DNA of 64,000 nt from Trichoplax sp. H2 (lineage: Eukaryota). The notes under the pieces were generated by a model that saw only the letters and a list, made by a program, of their open reading frames with translations, was not told the origin of the DNA and did not search any database. The stretch is taken from positions 1 to 64,000 of the forward strand of contig NOWV01000268.1 in NCBI GenBank assembly GCA_003344405.1, written 5' to 3'. This document shows positions 49,886 through 64,000 of the stretch, one piece after another (the stretch's first letter is position 1; every line of letters begins with the position of its first letter). The position numbers and the translations under genes are program-made.

Positions 49886-52800
49886 ATGTTTCAAGACGAA
49901 TCGCTTGATGTTGTTTCATTCGAATCAAATTGGCAACAACAACGGTAAAAACAAGCCTTTAATCAGTAATGTAGCATGGATAAATTAATCTGTGAATGAT
50001 ATGAAATTTCCCTTAAGTTCGACCTTAGTATAGCAAAAATGAGTTCTTCTCTACTTAGCCTACTCGACGTATTACAAGCGTCGTTAGTTGCTATGATACA
50101 CAATAGTTGTTCGAAAGTTCTCTCGTATACTTCTTCATATTGAGGATGAATATGGAGTATTTGAAGTATTATATTATTTACGCTGCTGTTTTACTTTTAT
50201 AATTTTGTATAAGTCAACGGGTGCTTATTCAAAATGATCTTACTTCTCTGATTACAATTATTTATTCTATTTTTTAAACTAGAAGAATTGTTGCTATGAT
50301 ACTTATGGATAAGATTCTTCTTCTCTGCATTTCTTCATATTTTGTATAAACATCGAGATTGATGAATCTTTGTTATAACGTCTATGTTCAGAAGGGGATG
50401 ATCAAGCATCGTTTGATAAAATGAGTTATCGAGTGAAACAGTTTACTTCGTCATACTGTGATGTAGGATTATGCTATACGCGCGTATAATCATTGAATTT
50501 ATAAATAAAAGAGTGAAAATAATAGTGTAATAATTAATTTTTATGATTAAGTATCGAAAGAATTCTCTCATTCGTTACTTCTGACAGCGTTATCATGAAA
50601 ATAGATTTCTTTAAATTATCGTAATCGTAAATACCCCTAAAACATGATTTGGTATAGATATTTCGAGTCAATATTCTCGATATTTTCATCACTGTTTTTA
50701 GTGCAGTCAAATTTGTAAGTATTATAACAGTAGCACTATGTATTAGATTGTAAAGTACGTATATTGCAAGTAATATTTGATATTCACAGTTGTTGCTTCT
50801 TTGTACTTGCACAGGTCTGTCAAAGACAGCCAGACTCAAACCAGCGAAATTATTAACTACGATGCCGAAGTGCAAGTGGTCACTTATAGCAATGCCCAGG
50901 TAGATATTTAGAACTGCTTGATATGTGTTTAGTTAAAATAATACCTAGAAATGAATAGTCTTAATGTTCCACTTCGAAATCCTAGAATATCTCGGTCTTA
51001 CTGACTATATTTCATATTTATCTCCATACTGAGTCTGAAATATCGACGCTGTTTTAATCTACTTTATAATATTCAGATCAAACGCGACTATGTAATATTG
51101 TCGTATGAAATAGACGCAGTAGTTATAGATGCGTAGTCCTTGAGAAACAATGTTGATAATAGCAAATTATATTAATCTAAGGTGTAACATCCTTGATCTA
51201 ATATCGCTTATATTAAAACGCAAGGGTAATATATTCTTGTATAAATTTCAAGGTTCAGGCAGAAGAGGAAGAAACGCAATTTCAACTTATCGCGGATCAA
51301 TCTGAAGTTAGCTGTCTCATCTCATATACTTGTTGATCAACATGTTATATCTCAACTGAATGATAATATAGCTTATTATATTAACTGTAATTATATATTT
51401 ACTAATTTATTTAGAATCTGATGCAATTCCTGCGTTATGCAACTCCTCTTATTTGCGAGGAACTCGATAAGAATAGCAAAAGTCATGCCTTTGATGGTAC
51501 TCTCTCATTAATCAGACTTATCACATTCACGTAACACTAACAGATAAGCTATTAAATTTTCTTAAAGTAAAATTTATGCAATTGTCATCGTATCTAATAG
51601 GCTACGATGTTAACTGGGAAGAAAAAGCGGAAGCCATCGAATGTCTTCATACATTAAGTTATGCAGAAGTAAATGATAAGGTAAAAGTTGCAGCTTTTAA
51701 CCTCCTTTGTTACATTACTCTATTTACTATTTAGTATTCATATATGTTTATCTTTATGCTTATTTAACAGCTACAATGTACAGATCTATCATGGAATGCA
51801 ATAGGATCAGTTATTGCTGTTGCGTATCCAATCAGAAGATAAATATCAACACTTAATTCTTTCTTTTATTGCTTAAATTGCCTTTATTATAACAGTGTTT
51901 CTCGTAAATTAGTTGATTAAGATAATTTTGTTAGCTATTCTACTTAAAATCGTATCGTAGCTACGGGAAACTGGACCATCAAGATTGGTGTACCGATAAG
52001 GTAATTAAAGTATTTCAGATAGCGTGATTTGATGCTTTACTCATCAATGTATTTTAAAAAATTTCATTCGCGTATCTACCGATTTACCAACGATACTTGC
52101 ATAAATTCAATACTAGTCCGTCCTTTGTACCTGGAATATTGATCGACACAATATAATTTCAAGCAAGCCTGATACTGTTATTGAAGTCTCAGTAAGTTAC
52201 ATTGAATTGAAATACTACAATAACTAACTGAAAGTATTCTTGCCCTTCTATTACAAATTTTATAATGTTAACACCATATCACTTTAACTATTCCTCTTAA
52301 TTAATAGTGTTGTTTGACATCAATCGATTTTCATCCTGAAAGAATCTCTATGATAGCCGGAGGTGTATTTAACGGTAACTTCTATGATTGTTATATCTAC
52401 TTATTTATCTGAAGGATTATTGTAAGTATCTCTTTTTTTGGTAGGAGAGGTGCAAGTCTGGGATATCAGTCGTGAAGATGAAATGTTGATAGCAAGATCG
52501 GGAATTAGTGATGATTCTCATCAAGAGCCTGTGACAAGTGTAATATAGATATATCGTTTAGTCAAGCATGATGTACTGATAAATAAATAAGTTCAGAAAT
52601 TAGCTCATTCATTAAATTCTGAGTAATTTGTATTTTTCATATCAATCAGATAAAATGGATCAATGATCCTAACATTAAGAGCAAAGCCTTGCAGGTAAAT
52701 GATTTAGTGTGATCTTTGTCTAAATTTAATAAAATAGTAATCATTCATTCAATATTCTTCTCATGTATAGTTAATGAGTTCTGCAACGGATGGAAAAATA

Positions 52801-53905
52801 TTTGTATGGCAAATTAATATGCAAAATCAGGATTTTCAGCTAACGAAAGGGTTAATTTTACAATGCATACTTTATTTGCTTTCAATGCACTCTTTTGTGC
52901 TTCATAATTTCGAATATTCAAAATAACTATGACTAAATATTAAATGTGTTCATATAGTTTTGTGGTCGTGACTGATAATATTCCGAAGAGTTTACGAATT
53001 AGCAAAGCCAAAGATAATGCTGAAATTGGCGGTATAATAATTAAGCTATTCAGCTTATCGGATCGTTAGATTTAAATGCTCTCATATAATGCACTTCTTT
53101 TACCTAAATCAAGCCGATCTAAAATTGAGTTTTTTATTTCAGTTACTGGGTTTTCATTTTCCAATGAAGACAAATCATTATTTGTCATTGGCTGTGAAAG
53201 CGGAAATGTTTTCAAATGTTCATTAAATTCTGAGAGAAATGCAGTAACTGGACTCAATAGTATTCCACTATTTTCACCAGTAACCTTCGCATTTCATTAT
53301 CATGACGGCCCAGTTTATTCGATTGAATGTTCTCCATATCATAGAAACTTATTTCTTACTTGTGGAATGGATACTAGTGCCCATCTGTATACAATATTAC
53401 AGTCTAAACCAATATTATCATTTGAACCTGGCAATGGATTCATGTTTAACATTAAATGGTCGCCAGTACGCCCCATGGTCTTCGCTACAAGTACAGCGGA
53501 AGGGTCATTACTCATTTACGATTTAGAGGTATTGCATAGAATGATTTGCAGGTTGTATTATTAAAATCTTTAATAATATAATAGGCAATATCTTTCGTAG
53601 ATTAGCAAGATCAATCCCGTAATAAACCTTGCCGTAAATGATAACAAGAGTCCAGTCTATTCATTACAATTTAATAAGCAAAGGTATTCAATTCATGATT
53701 TATTGATCTCATAAGTTCGTAATTTATTTCGGTGAAAGGAATTTATGTTAAAGCTAACAAATTTTCTTTCACTAGGCGACAATTACTTGCAACTGGTGAT
53801 GGAAACGGAAAAATTCAAATCTGGCGTTTAAATGATGAACTGACTAATCAAAAGACAAGAGAAACTCATCATTTAGCTGAACTAGCAGAAGTTGCTTTAG
53901 AATAA
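49886..53905 (+). CDS. WDR34: WD-repeat dynein-2 intermediate chain WDR34, multi-exon
   Basis: Exon 1 gives MFQDESLDVVSFESNWQQQR. Later exons give SWNAIGSVIAVAYGKLDHQDWC, FHPERISMIAGGVFNGEVQVWD, HQEPV, HDGPVYSIECSPYHRNLFLTCG, WSPVRPMVFA and LLATGDGNGKIQIWRL; stop at 53903-53905. Confidence 0.9.
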
Positions 53906-54418
53906 GATCGGATCGGCTACTCCTAAGAAAAAAATCTGTATAATATTAGCTTGGGAGATTTCTATCCATATACGATGCATTAGCTTTTAATATAAATTTC
54001 TAACTTCTTTTCACAAGTAACATAAAAATATTACTGTATAATACATGTATTTACAACGACAATTGATGAAAATACTTAGATCACACTAGGAATATTCTTT
54101 CATTAAGGTTAACTCATCATACAGTAATCCAATCAAAAGCACTTTATATATATCAATACACTATGATTCTTACTTTTAATTTACAGGTTTGGGTTAGTAC
54201 AATCCAGTTTTAAGTGTATTTATAAATTATTACTTTTACACTATACACAATACTATATACGGTAACATTACGGAGAGTAACGTTTTCGGTGAATCTTTGT
54301 ACAAAGGAATACGTTTAAAAAGGATCACAACTTCTATATACTGTGGTATACTGAATAAAAGTGGTTGCAATCTTGCCATTGTCATCAAATGATCAAGTAT
54401 CTGGCCTTCGCGATCAGC

Positions 54419-57400
54419 TTAATCAATTGGCTTATCGTCAACCTACAATATGATAATAAATAAGCAAACACAATGCAATAAAGTAAGATTTCTACCGTGC
54501 CAAAAAGATACGAAATTGACATTATTCAGCGCTAGAGGATAATTATACAAATATGTGCGTAGTTCTATCGAGTGTTGCACTAATGAATTTCGTGACACTT
54601 ATACTACTTTCATTGCTTGGAAATTAATTAAGGAGCACAGAATGCGTGCAAAATATTAGAGACTACTACTACAGCATTCATTAGACCGGCACATAAGTAA
54701 TTATTAGAAGCATATGCGTAAATAAGCATTAGCACTAAAATATTTTCCTTACCCCATTGTAACCATTTCTGAAGATTTTCAGTATTAGAAATATTGTCAT
54801 CATTAAGTTCTTGCATGATTCAATGACAGCTGATCCTCCCTTAGACTACAGTAGTCATAGAGTAGATAAGGTCATCATTTTATAGAGATCTAAACATCAA
54901 CAAATCATGATAAGATACTATGCTGCGTGGAACTAACCGCCAATAGAAAGAGTTGATCTTCATGATTTTCTCGGGTATCATTCGATACTTTTTTAAGTTG
55001 TTGACAGTAAAGTGTTACTTTATGAACTAGGTTGACCAAATCTGAGTGTGTCCTTTTACTAGTGTTCTAAGGAGAGTCAAAAATTTATTTAAATATATAA
55101 CTACAACTAATAATTCCATATAGTAGTAGGATTAATACTCTCAAACGTCTATCTTAAGCTAATTCTTACCGTTTCAGATATCTTTAATACAAATCTATTA
55201 AATTGTGATCCGACTTCTTCAACTCGCTATGCTCAAAAATCAAGTGACGAAATATATGTCCATTAACTTTTGTAAAATTTCTATTTCTAACACAGCTTAT
55301 ATTTAAATTAGGTAACAATTAGTATTTAAAATGTAAGTAATCGAGAAACACCTGAGAAGCAAATGTAAGATCTGAAACACTTTTCAACGGACCCACTCCC
55401 CTGTAAATGAAAAGTTTTTTAGAATCAAAATTGAACAGAAGATTAGATAATAACATTAAGAACAAAGTGGTAAAACTTATTTATATCAATGACCTTGCCA
55501 ATTCCGATATATCTAAAAGTAGTAAACAAAGTCTCATAGTAAATTTTATAGCTTGATGGTTTGAATGTGTCCACTGCGAAATTTCTTTTTGCAGTCGAAT
55601 TTCTTCTCTTTTAAACTCTCTACTTAAATTCTCAATTCTCGATCTTGACTCTATCGGCAATGATCGATATGCAGCCTGAAATAGTACATCTCCGTTAGAG
55701 ATTATTTTTAAACTTTGAAATATAGTATCAAAATCTTATAGGATACTTTATACGTACCCTAGTAGAGGGAATCTTCTTACGAATATTAACCATTTCGCCA
55801 TTATTTTCAATTGCTAAATTAAAATATATGATTTACGCATACTGAGTAACCCGGGCAAGTTAACGTAATTCGCAAAGTTTAATACATACAAAGTGGTAGT
55901 GATACGAATGGATCATCAGAATCTATTTCTTCATCAATTGACTCATAATCATTTGGTTGCTATTAACAATATATAAGAATGGATTAAAATAGTTCAATCA
56001 TCGTAATTACGTTACGCTAACGTAGAAGTCCATTTCCCACCCGATTAAGTAATACATATCTTCGGAGCAACAGGACAGCTTCATATATCTAACATAATTG
56101 TATCAGTCATTTTAATTGATGCTACTAAAGAATTAGGGCTAGCTTTCAAGTTGTAGATAGGAGTTAATTGTATATGAAACACAACCTTGTTACATAATTC
56201 TAGTAGCAGATTTTCATCCGGTTTTTCTACGGTTGGGTCTTCCATACTTTTACTCATCTTATCCATGTAGCTACCAAATATATCGGCTAATTAAATTGTT
56301 AGAAGTAAGCGTTATTTTCAGTAGCAGTATAAAGACTTTATTACAGATTTCTCTAGCGGATCAGATATGTAGACGTGCTAAAGTAATTTAAAGTCAGCAT
56401 AATTGCTCAACTACATACCCAATTCCTTTAGTGTAGCAACGCCACGCTTAACACGTTCAGAATAAATGGTATTAGGAAAATTATCCATTTCTTCTAATAC
56501 TACTTCTTCCACACGTTCCATTCGATGTAAGACTGCAACCGTGTATCCATCTAGCTTATAATAATTCTCTTCTCCGATAAATCGAGCGCATTCAGACAAA
56601 TCTTTACGAATATGTGATTCTATTAATGAAGCAAAATTGTGCTTTGTTAATCCCAAAATGCTGTAGAACTTCAGACTGTATTTTCTTTAGTCATAATTAT
56701 ATCAGTTTTTTTAAGATTATTATTTTTCGACCATTTCAGAGACTTACGCGAAGCAAGTAAAAAATCGTCAACGCTAGTTATTTCGTCAATTGCTCTAATT
56801 AGCGCTCTCATATATTTATTCCATAATTCCTTGTATCTATCCATATTGTTTTCAACGGTCATATCTGATGGCACTTGAGAGCAAATTTCCGCCGCATTTA
56901 CGACCTTCGCAATAACAATATACAAACGAAAAGTGTGAAAATTACTTCTAGGGCAGAATTCACGCACGATCCAGTTAGCTGTACATTATTTATTTATATA
57001 GTTTTTAATATTACCTGCAGACGGTACGTCCTGACGTAATTGGATGCTAATTTTACAAGCTTGATACCTTCTGCATTAGTTGAAATAGCACAAGCCAACT
57101 CGCCAGCCTAAGCACGATTGTATTTACTTAATAGACTTTATTATAGATAGTTATTCTGCTTGCAGATTAGTGTAGAAGTATTTTACTCATTATATTTAGT
57201 TATTTTATGAGGTTTAGTTACCTCATTATACTTTACCTGTAGTATACTTTCTGCGTCATCACTGAAACTTTGGGCATAATTTTCTAGTTCTTCATTACTT
57301 TTATTCGTCGCTGCATCAATTAATACTTGAAGTGGAACCGTGGCCGCAATCAGAGCTTCGGAGACATGATCTGCTACAGCTATTCTTAGCTAATAAGTAT

Positions 57401-60400
57401 TAAAGGGTAAAATAAAGAAAGTATTGTAATACTGTAGAGATACTAAAATGTCCTTGCAAAATTGAAAGGATATATGATCCATTAACACTGTTTTATTCCG
57501 TTGAATCCTTCAATATCTCGAAGTTGATTACTTACAACGTATTCCAAATGATAAACAGTTTCGACAAGATCGGCAGAAATTTGTCTGATATTTTCCTTGG
57601 TTATCTTTTTATCCGTTATGTTAATGGTATAACCCATCTGCATTGTATCAATTTTCAGTTTATTAAGTACAAAAGAGAAGCACTCACTAAACCGTTGAAA
57701 TGCAATAACACTAACTTATTTAAATAAATCATTCGAAGTATTTTCCCATTATTTTTAGTAACCGACAAGGAAAGTAAAGACGATAACAATATAATATTAT
57801 TACTATTACATACCTCTTTCTGATACTCAGTTATCAAAATTTGAAGCGTCTTATTTAGCGATTTGCAAAGCAACACAATGTGTTCTCGCCGATTATCTCC
57901 GGTAAAACTTGAACAAGCAAGTATTGTCGCATTGTTAGTAATCTTTTCAAGTAATTCTTGAAGTTGACTACACAGTCTCTGTTCAGAACAGGAATTTGCC
58001 TTTTTTCCAACTAAATAGCTCTGTTGGATAGATATAAAACAAAACATTGATTTATCGCAATACTCCATAAGCAAATAAAATCTGTTGTAGTAAACACTCA
58101 GATTCTAATTACTCCCTATATCAAACCTTAAACTTCTTAATTACGCTCGCAGTTTCTCCTATAGGCGATTCTTCGTTGCCAACGGGCGATTGAATAATAG
58201 TAACGATCCTATTGACAAACTCTCTAATTTCAGACGTAATAGCTGCGCAATTTGCTTTAGCCGGAGGCAAATTTTCATATTTGAAATGAGTCTATGAAAA
58301 TAGCAAAATAGTCCATCAATTAATAAGGTACATCAAACAGAACTTTAGTAACGTACAAAATACAGCTGCATCGAAAATACTTTTTTATACTAGCTTCACG
58401 AAATGGAAAAATTTAATCTTACTTAACGACTGCCATAATCATTTTAAAAATAAATGAATGGAGATGTTATTTTGGCAACCTTCTACTGAATATCTATTTT
58501 TTTAACACTAGTGTGTGCAAAAATCACATGCAGTCTGTAATTGCTTAGTTATTTTTAAATAATAGAGTGGTAAATATTCTTATTGGTCATTACGCTTACC
58601 TTTGATACAACGTTTAGTAATTGGCTAGCAGTCAATAGGTTAGCTCGAGCAGCTGAGAGCTGATCTTTCTTGTCTTCATCCTTTAGATCCTATCATTTTG
58701 CGTCAAATATCAGTAAAAATCAAAAAGTTTTCAAATAAACATACTGATAAGGATTATGAAAAAAATACACTCTATTAAATCATATTTACTGTATCAAGAA
58801 CACTTCAGACGTAGACAGAATAAGAATAAAGATTAATTATAATATTTCTTTAGCTTACAAATTGACGGCGTTTAACAGCATCATCGACTTGGTCCAAGTG
58901 GTAAGCAAAGTTGTCCAGATTCTGATCCAACGAATTTTCGTCTCGGCTATCGAGAACTAGCTGCAAGTGATCTTCCAGCTAGATAATGCATTCATTTGAA
59001 ATAAGAATAACATCTGCTATGATCAGTCTGACAACAAAAAAAGTTTATAAAATAACGCAATGTCATTAACAACGAATATTTATGACTATCGTTAACGAAA
59101 TCACACGGCAGAAGTTATACTGTACTATAAACGGTTAATGAGCAATATCGCTAGGATACCTATAGCGATAAAATATTAGCGATATTAGTTATAGTAGACG
59201 ATAGAGATGATTAATTAGGAGTAATTTTATTTAAGATATACGAGTACAATGTAATAGCATGTCATGACTCAAAATAGGAAACTACGTCGTACCCCAGTTA
59301 TAAGCACTACTATAATTCGGTGTGGTACTGAAAGCGGTTTAACTTGTATTCAGTGGTAATAACTGCACAAAATATTATTAAGTCTAATGAGTTCCATCTA
59401 ACCTCGTGGAGCATTTTCACCAAATTACTGATATCAACCATGTCAGCAATTGAGAGTAATTTATTCAAGATTGGGTACAGATTGAAAACGGCCTTTAATA
59501 AAGCACTCCTTTTAATTTGTGAGCTTGGCTCATGAACAAAACTTTCCGTTGCAGCTAGTAAACAAGATCCAGCATCATGAAGCTCTTCATAGGCTTGATA
59601 TACCCTATCGGCGATTTTAGGATTGTCGTTTGCCACAATTTGCCCATGTTCGATTAGCTCATTGATAGCTAAATGAACTAGTTTAATTAGATCATCAGCT
59701 TCTTTGGAATGCCCAGTTTGGCGGCTAGCCTTGGCAACATGGCTATTAAGTTCTTTCAACTGTTGAAAAGAGAGTAACACTACCATAAAACATCAATATT
59801 TTAAAGGTAATATAAAACTTAAACTATCATGTGTCAAATAGCCGCAAGCAAAGCAATGGAATGCTGTTCATCGCTGGTACAGTAGGTTAATGCAGCGTTA
59901 CGTCATACGCCTACAAAAGTATAAGCAAATCTATGCTACCATAAGGTGTAATACTAAATCATTGTTCTGGTGAAAAAATTTGCTATTAATGTCGAATAGG
60001 CAAGGTATTGGGACATTAAATTAGCCAATTCCAACTAGCATCGTTCTACTGTACGCGTTTTTAAAATTACTGCAGTCAAATACACTCATAACAGTTATCC
60101 CAAATATTGTCATCAAAGCTCCTTTCTCTAGATTAATACTAAACATAGGCGTAATTCTACAGTTGTACAGATCGACTTTTGAAGGGAGGATTATCATTAT
60201 TTAAGGTCGAATTTTACATGTTGACAAATCAAATTGCATAGTACAGATTTAATGGAAGAGCACGATGATGGGTAAAGTAAGGCATAACATTGCCATAAAT
60301 AATTTCATGACTTTGTTACTAATCTAACAAGAATGTACTGTATAAATAATCATCCATTCCTTATCAATGGTACTGACACAAAATAATAAATAAAAATAAA

Positions 60401-61408
60401 TAATAAGAAAACTACCGTAGCCATTAAAACAAGATGTATTACAAGCTAGACCAAAAGTTTTTTTTCAACGTGATATCCTTCAAAATTACAGTCGTGCATT
60501 TACTCCTTATTACTCTACTAGTTGCACTATTTCTCCCTTAGTCATGAAATATTGCAAGAGTGGACTTTTAAAAATATTCTAATTAATTTACAGTTATTAT
60601 CAATTAGATCAACTCTGATCCCAGCTTCTGTATCGTTTCTGTACTATTCATTGTACATTGTTTAGAGAGTTATATAAGTATTTCGTCTATCGTACTGTAC
60701 AGTAAATGGTCCCAAAGCGTGATTACATCCATGATCTATCAAAGCTAATTAATTAAATATAGAGAAGGAGTTTTGGGCATAACAGAAATTAGCGTACTAT
60801 CGATAAATATCGAAACTACCTTTGTCCGAGAGGGATTAACGAGTTTATGATTGAATTGCATTGAAAGTACTAATTAATTATCAATTGAGATGGTAAGTGA
60901 TAAGAGCAAGCTGAATTTCATAGGCACAGATACTCCTGGACAACGCTATAATTACGTTGAAATTAGAATATCCAAAATGGAAGTGAGTTGATTAATACCA
61001 ACCAGCGGCATGACAATATAAAGTAGTACAAGTATACCGTGTAGTATCGTCGTCGTGCATCCAGCTGATTATGTTAACATTAATTCTTATTTTCTTCATT
61101 TGCGAAATGCGATTAAGCAAAATAGTAGAAAGCGATATTATTATCATAACAGACAAAGCATATTTGATATTGTACAAGCCATTTTTTCGCCCTAATTTTT
61201 GCCTTTAATTAAAGGTTAAGAATAGAGATCAGCTAAGCCACTAGAAGCGGAATCCCGGCAGGGAGCGTTATTTTGATGATTGTGTATTTCAGGAAAGGAC
61301 GGGGGATCTTATTACCTCATTTACCTGATCAAAGTAAGGGCGTAATGCAGCATCGGCAGAAAATGTTTTAGCTTCGGATGGGTCTATCACTCGAGATTGG
61401 TGCATCAT
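54419..61408 (-). CDS. Alpha-catenin-like protein (vinculin/alpha-catenin family), divergent, multi-exon
   Basis: Exon 1 (61408-61325) gives MMHQSRVIDPSEAKTFSADAALRPYFDQ. Exon 2 contains EPSSQIKRSALLKA..LLSIADMVD. The middle has NMDRYKELWNKYMRALIRAIDEITSVDDFL. The C-terminus has GVGPLKSVSD, DLVNLVHKVTLYCQQL and SAVIESCKNLM, and the predicted last exon is VDDKPID*. Confidence 0.85.
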
Positions 61409-61964
61409 ATTCTTAAGTAAGGCAGTGAAGAGTAAAAAATTCGACGAATTTGATCGTTAATGTTAATGTCAATTTAACACAGCATCGCGTCGCCAGTCAC
61501 CAGACGGGGCTCGAGGGTCGAAAAGGTACAGTAGTCTAAATTTCCGTCATGCTGTCCATCCTGTACCCCTCTTCGTCCGATATCCATCGTGCTGTACCCT
61601 GGGTTTACAGTACTGTATTCAGAATACTGTACTCTGCAGATTCTGGTCCGGATCGGACCGGACCATAACGACTTATCTTACAGTAGTTACTGTAAGATCC
61701 AGATTAGACATCTGGACTGATCTCACTACAGTAACTAGACGTGAGAAAGGTTCGGTTCGGTTCAACCGTTATGATCTCTATATACTGTACAAGTACAGTA
61801 CAGTATACAGTACATTAGGCCCAGCCACAATAACCCAGATTACTCAGATACTCAGCGTAATTAGCTTAAACGATGATACATTATTCTAAGAGTCTGTACC
61901 TCAAATTTCATGCGATTATTCAAAGAGTAAGACGTTGCATCAACGCGATGAAAGTTAGGTACTA

Positions 61965-62196
61965 CCGTGGCCCAAAAGGGACAACTTTACAGTGTACAGT
62001 ACAGTAGAATTCTACGGCACAGCAGAGTGCAAATTCTACAGTGTACTGTACTGTCTGTACAGCTGTACTGAGTGTACTGTACTGTACTGTAGAATTCTAC
62101 AGCACAGCAACAGTACAGTACAGTACAATACGGTGGCCCAAAAGGGAATTCTACTGTACTGTACAGTACAGTAAAGTTGTCCCTTTTGGGCCACCG
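61965..62196. mobile_element. Tc1/mariner-type MITE (232 bp) with an extra internal TIR copy
   Basis: TA|CCGTGGCCCAAAAGGGACAACTTTAC ... GTAAAGTTGTCCCTTTTGGGCCACCG|TA. A third TA|CGGTGGCCCAAAAGGGA copy is at 62131, and the interior is built of TACAGTA words. Confidence 0.7.
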
Positions 62197-64000
62197 TACA
62201 GTACAGTACATAGAACCGTACGGTACTGTCAAAAACAACTACAGTACATACTGTACGTACAGACAGACTGTACTGTAGACTAGTGTAGAGGTCAAAAAAG
62301 CTCTTTGTACTGTACTGTACAGTATAACATTTACTATTCACTTTCTATGGTAAAGCTTACAGTACTGTACTGTAGAGGGTCTCTACTGTACTGTACTGTA
62401 CACTCAGTACAGTACTGGATGTCGCAATGTGGATACTGTACCGTATGGAGCGGCTGTTGAGCTATTGAGCATGACTACGAAGTAGCTCGTCATGGTGGTA
62501 AGAAAAAAAGAAAGGAAACAAAAGATCGCTTGTTGATAGAAGTTCAATGTCACTGCATACCAGATTCCTAGGATTCTGTCTGACATCTGTCCCATCAAAT
62601 GTTTCCAATGTTTCCCTTTTTCTACGGTCAAATGGTCGAATGGGCTAATGCTAACGACCGATCCCAATCCTACCATTTCGCTCTAGAGATAGACACTGTA
62701 GGCATTACTTTGCTTTTATCAAAGATTGATGTACTGCGTCTACCTAATTTTACTAAATGTATCTCAGTGATTCTGCCATTTCTATGAAAAATATCATAAT
62801 TACTTATTGTTGACCTTGAATAAGCATGCTTTGCACTAGGCGTTCCGTTTATTATAAAGGCAAGGTGTTATTTTTATTTACGGAGGGCCTGCTGTGCACA
62901 AGGGCCAAAATCGGGCCACGGCTGTCAAGTTCGTCAAAATGCCTTTCTCTGATACGTGCAGTATAGTGATCAATATGGGTTGACAAGCTATTAGTCCTTG
63001 ATCGTACAATGCTGTACACCTAGGGTGCAATCCAGTGCTCACAATCAGATAGTCACAACAGTCGAACACGAAAAAAAACTCATTTAGATACTGTACAAAA
63101 AACTATTACGGTGAATTTAAATAGATTCATAAACTTGTAAGCTATAAAATTGTAAACTTGGTTCTGTAATTTACCCCAAGTCGACATTAAAATTAATTAA
63201 TAATTATTATGTGCTGAATCCGGTGATAGGTGATTAGTCTCGTCAAAGGGTATCACCACCTGTCAAGGTCGTTCGTTAATCCAGTTAGTACAAAATAGAA
63301 ATACAGAAATATAGGAGTGATCAAAGAGGACCGCTGTGCCAAAAAGAAAATTACTGACAGCACAGGAAATCAAAAAAGAATACTAGGCAGAGTGCTATTT
63401 CCTCACTTTCAATTCGATTTGAACTACACATACATAATTACCCAATACCCCCTCCCCAGCCCTTTTGGCTATTGAACTGTACAGTATTTACTAAAATATA
63501 TTTTGTTTTATGTCTACGGCACATAACAATATGTGTACCAGTATTGCAGGACTCCGGTATAAATTGATAGCAACAGTAATTGAAATAATATCATGCTGCA
63601 TACTCGTGCATAGTTCAGATAATAAATAAAATGTTAAATAGTTAAAAGAGAGTCTCTGTATACAATCGTCACAGATAGATGGTCACAGCATCCGGTATAA
63701 CCCATTTCCAGGAACTAATAAAGCCCAGTCTGCGATCTAAAGCGACATTATGTCTCATTTCAGCCTTTTATTGTTATAAATGCGTTGTCAAGGGGCCGAC
63801 TTGCAAATTACAGATGGTTTACAAAAGACTTTGCTGTCCTACTACAGTATACAATATTGTACACAATGTCAGTGTACGATATACACTTACTGTATATACA
63901 ATATATATATATATATCCGAGTTATGATCAATTATAATAATATTGCGTGATAAATAAAAAAAAAGAAAATGCGTAGTGGTAGTGCTCATGACTCATGATA

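Noticed and set aside
61987..62341. Y/C/T/V-rich ORFs on both strands (also 2881-3116, 41292-41613, 48893-49193)
   Set aside because: Translation artefacts of the TACAGTA low-complexity sequence.

Overview
AT-rich, intron-rich animal genomic DNA with short (mostly 60-300 bp) GT-AG introns. The TACAGTA/TACTGTA low-complexity clusters and the intronless 42-aa TPR gene suggest a placozoan (Trichoplax-like); this is an inference. Five conserved spliced genes were assembled by hand: an RNF4-like SUMO-targeted ubiquitin ligase (+, 4682-5812), HPS1 (-, 35710-40614), ACADSB (-, 44702-48564), WDR34/DYNC2I2 (+, 49886-53905) and a divergent alpha-catenin (-, 54419-61408). Between RNF4 and HPS1 lies a ~25-kb accessory island. 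It holds a frameshifted Death-domain relic, an intronless 16-repeat TPR gene, two intronless, distantly paralogous alpha-helical (HEAT/ARM-like) orphan ORFs (one probably tail-anchored), decayed ORF-like debris and a series of diverged minisatellites. Mobile DNA comprises a Helitron remnant with PIF1 helicase motifs and an intact 3' end in ACADSB intron 1, a second Helitron-like end, and two TA-flanked Tc1/mariner-type MITEs. A duplication around an N-gap is probably an assembly or haplotype artefact. No tRNA, rRNA or CRISPR array was recognised.
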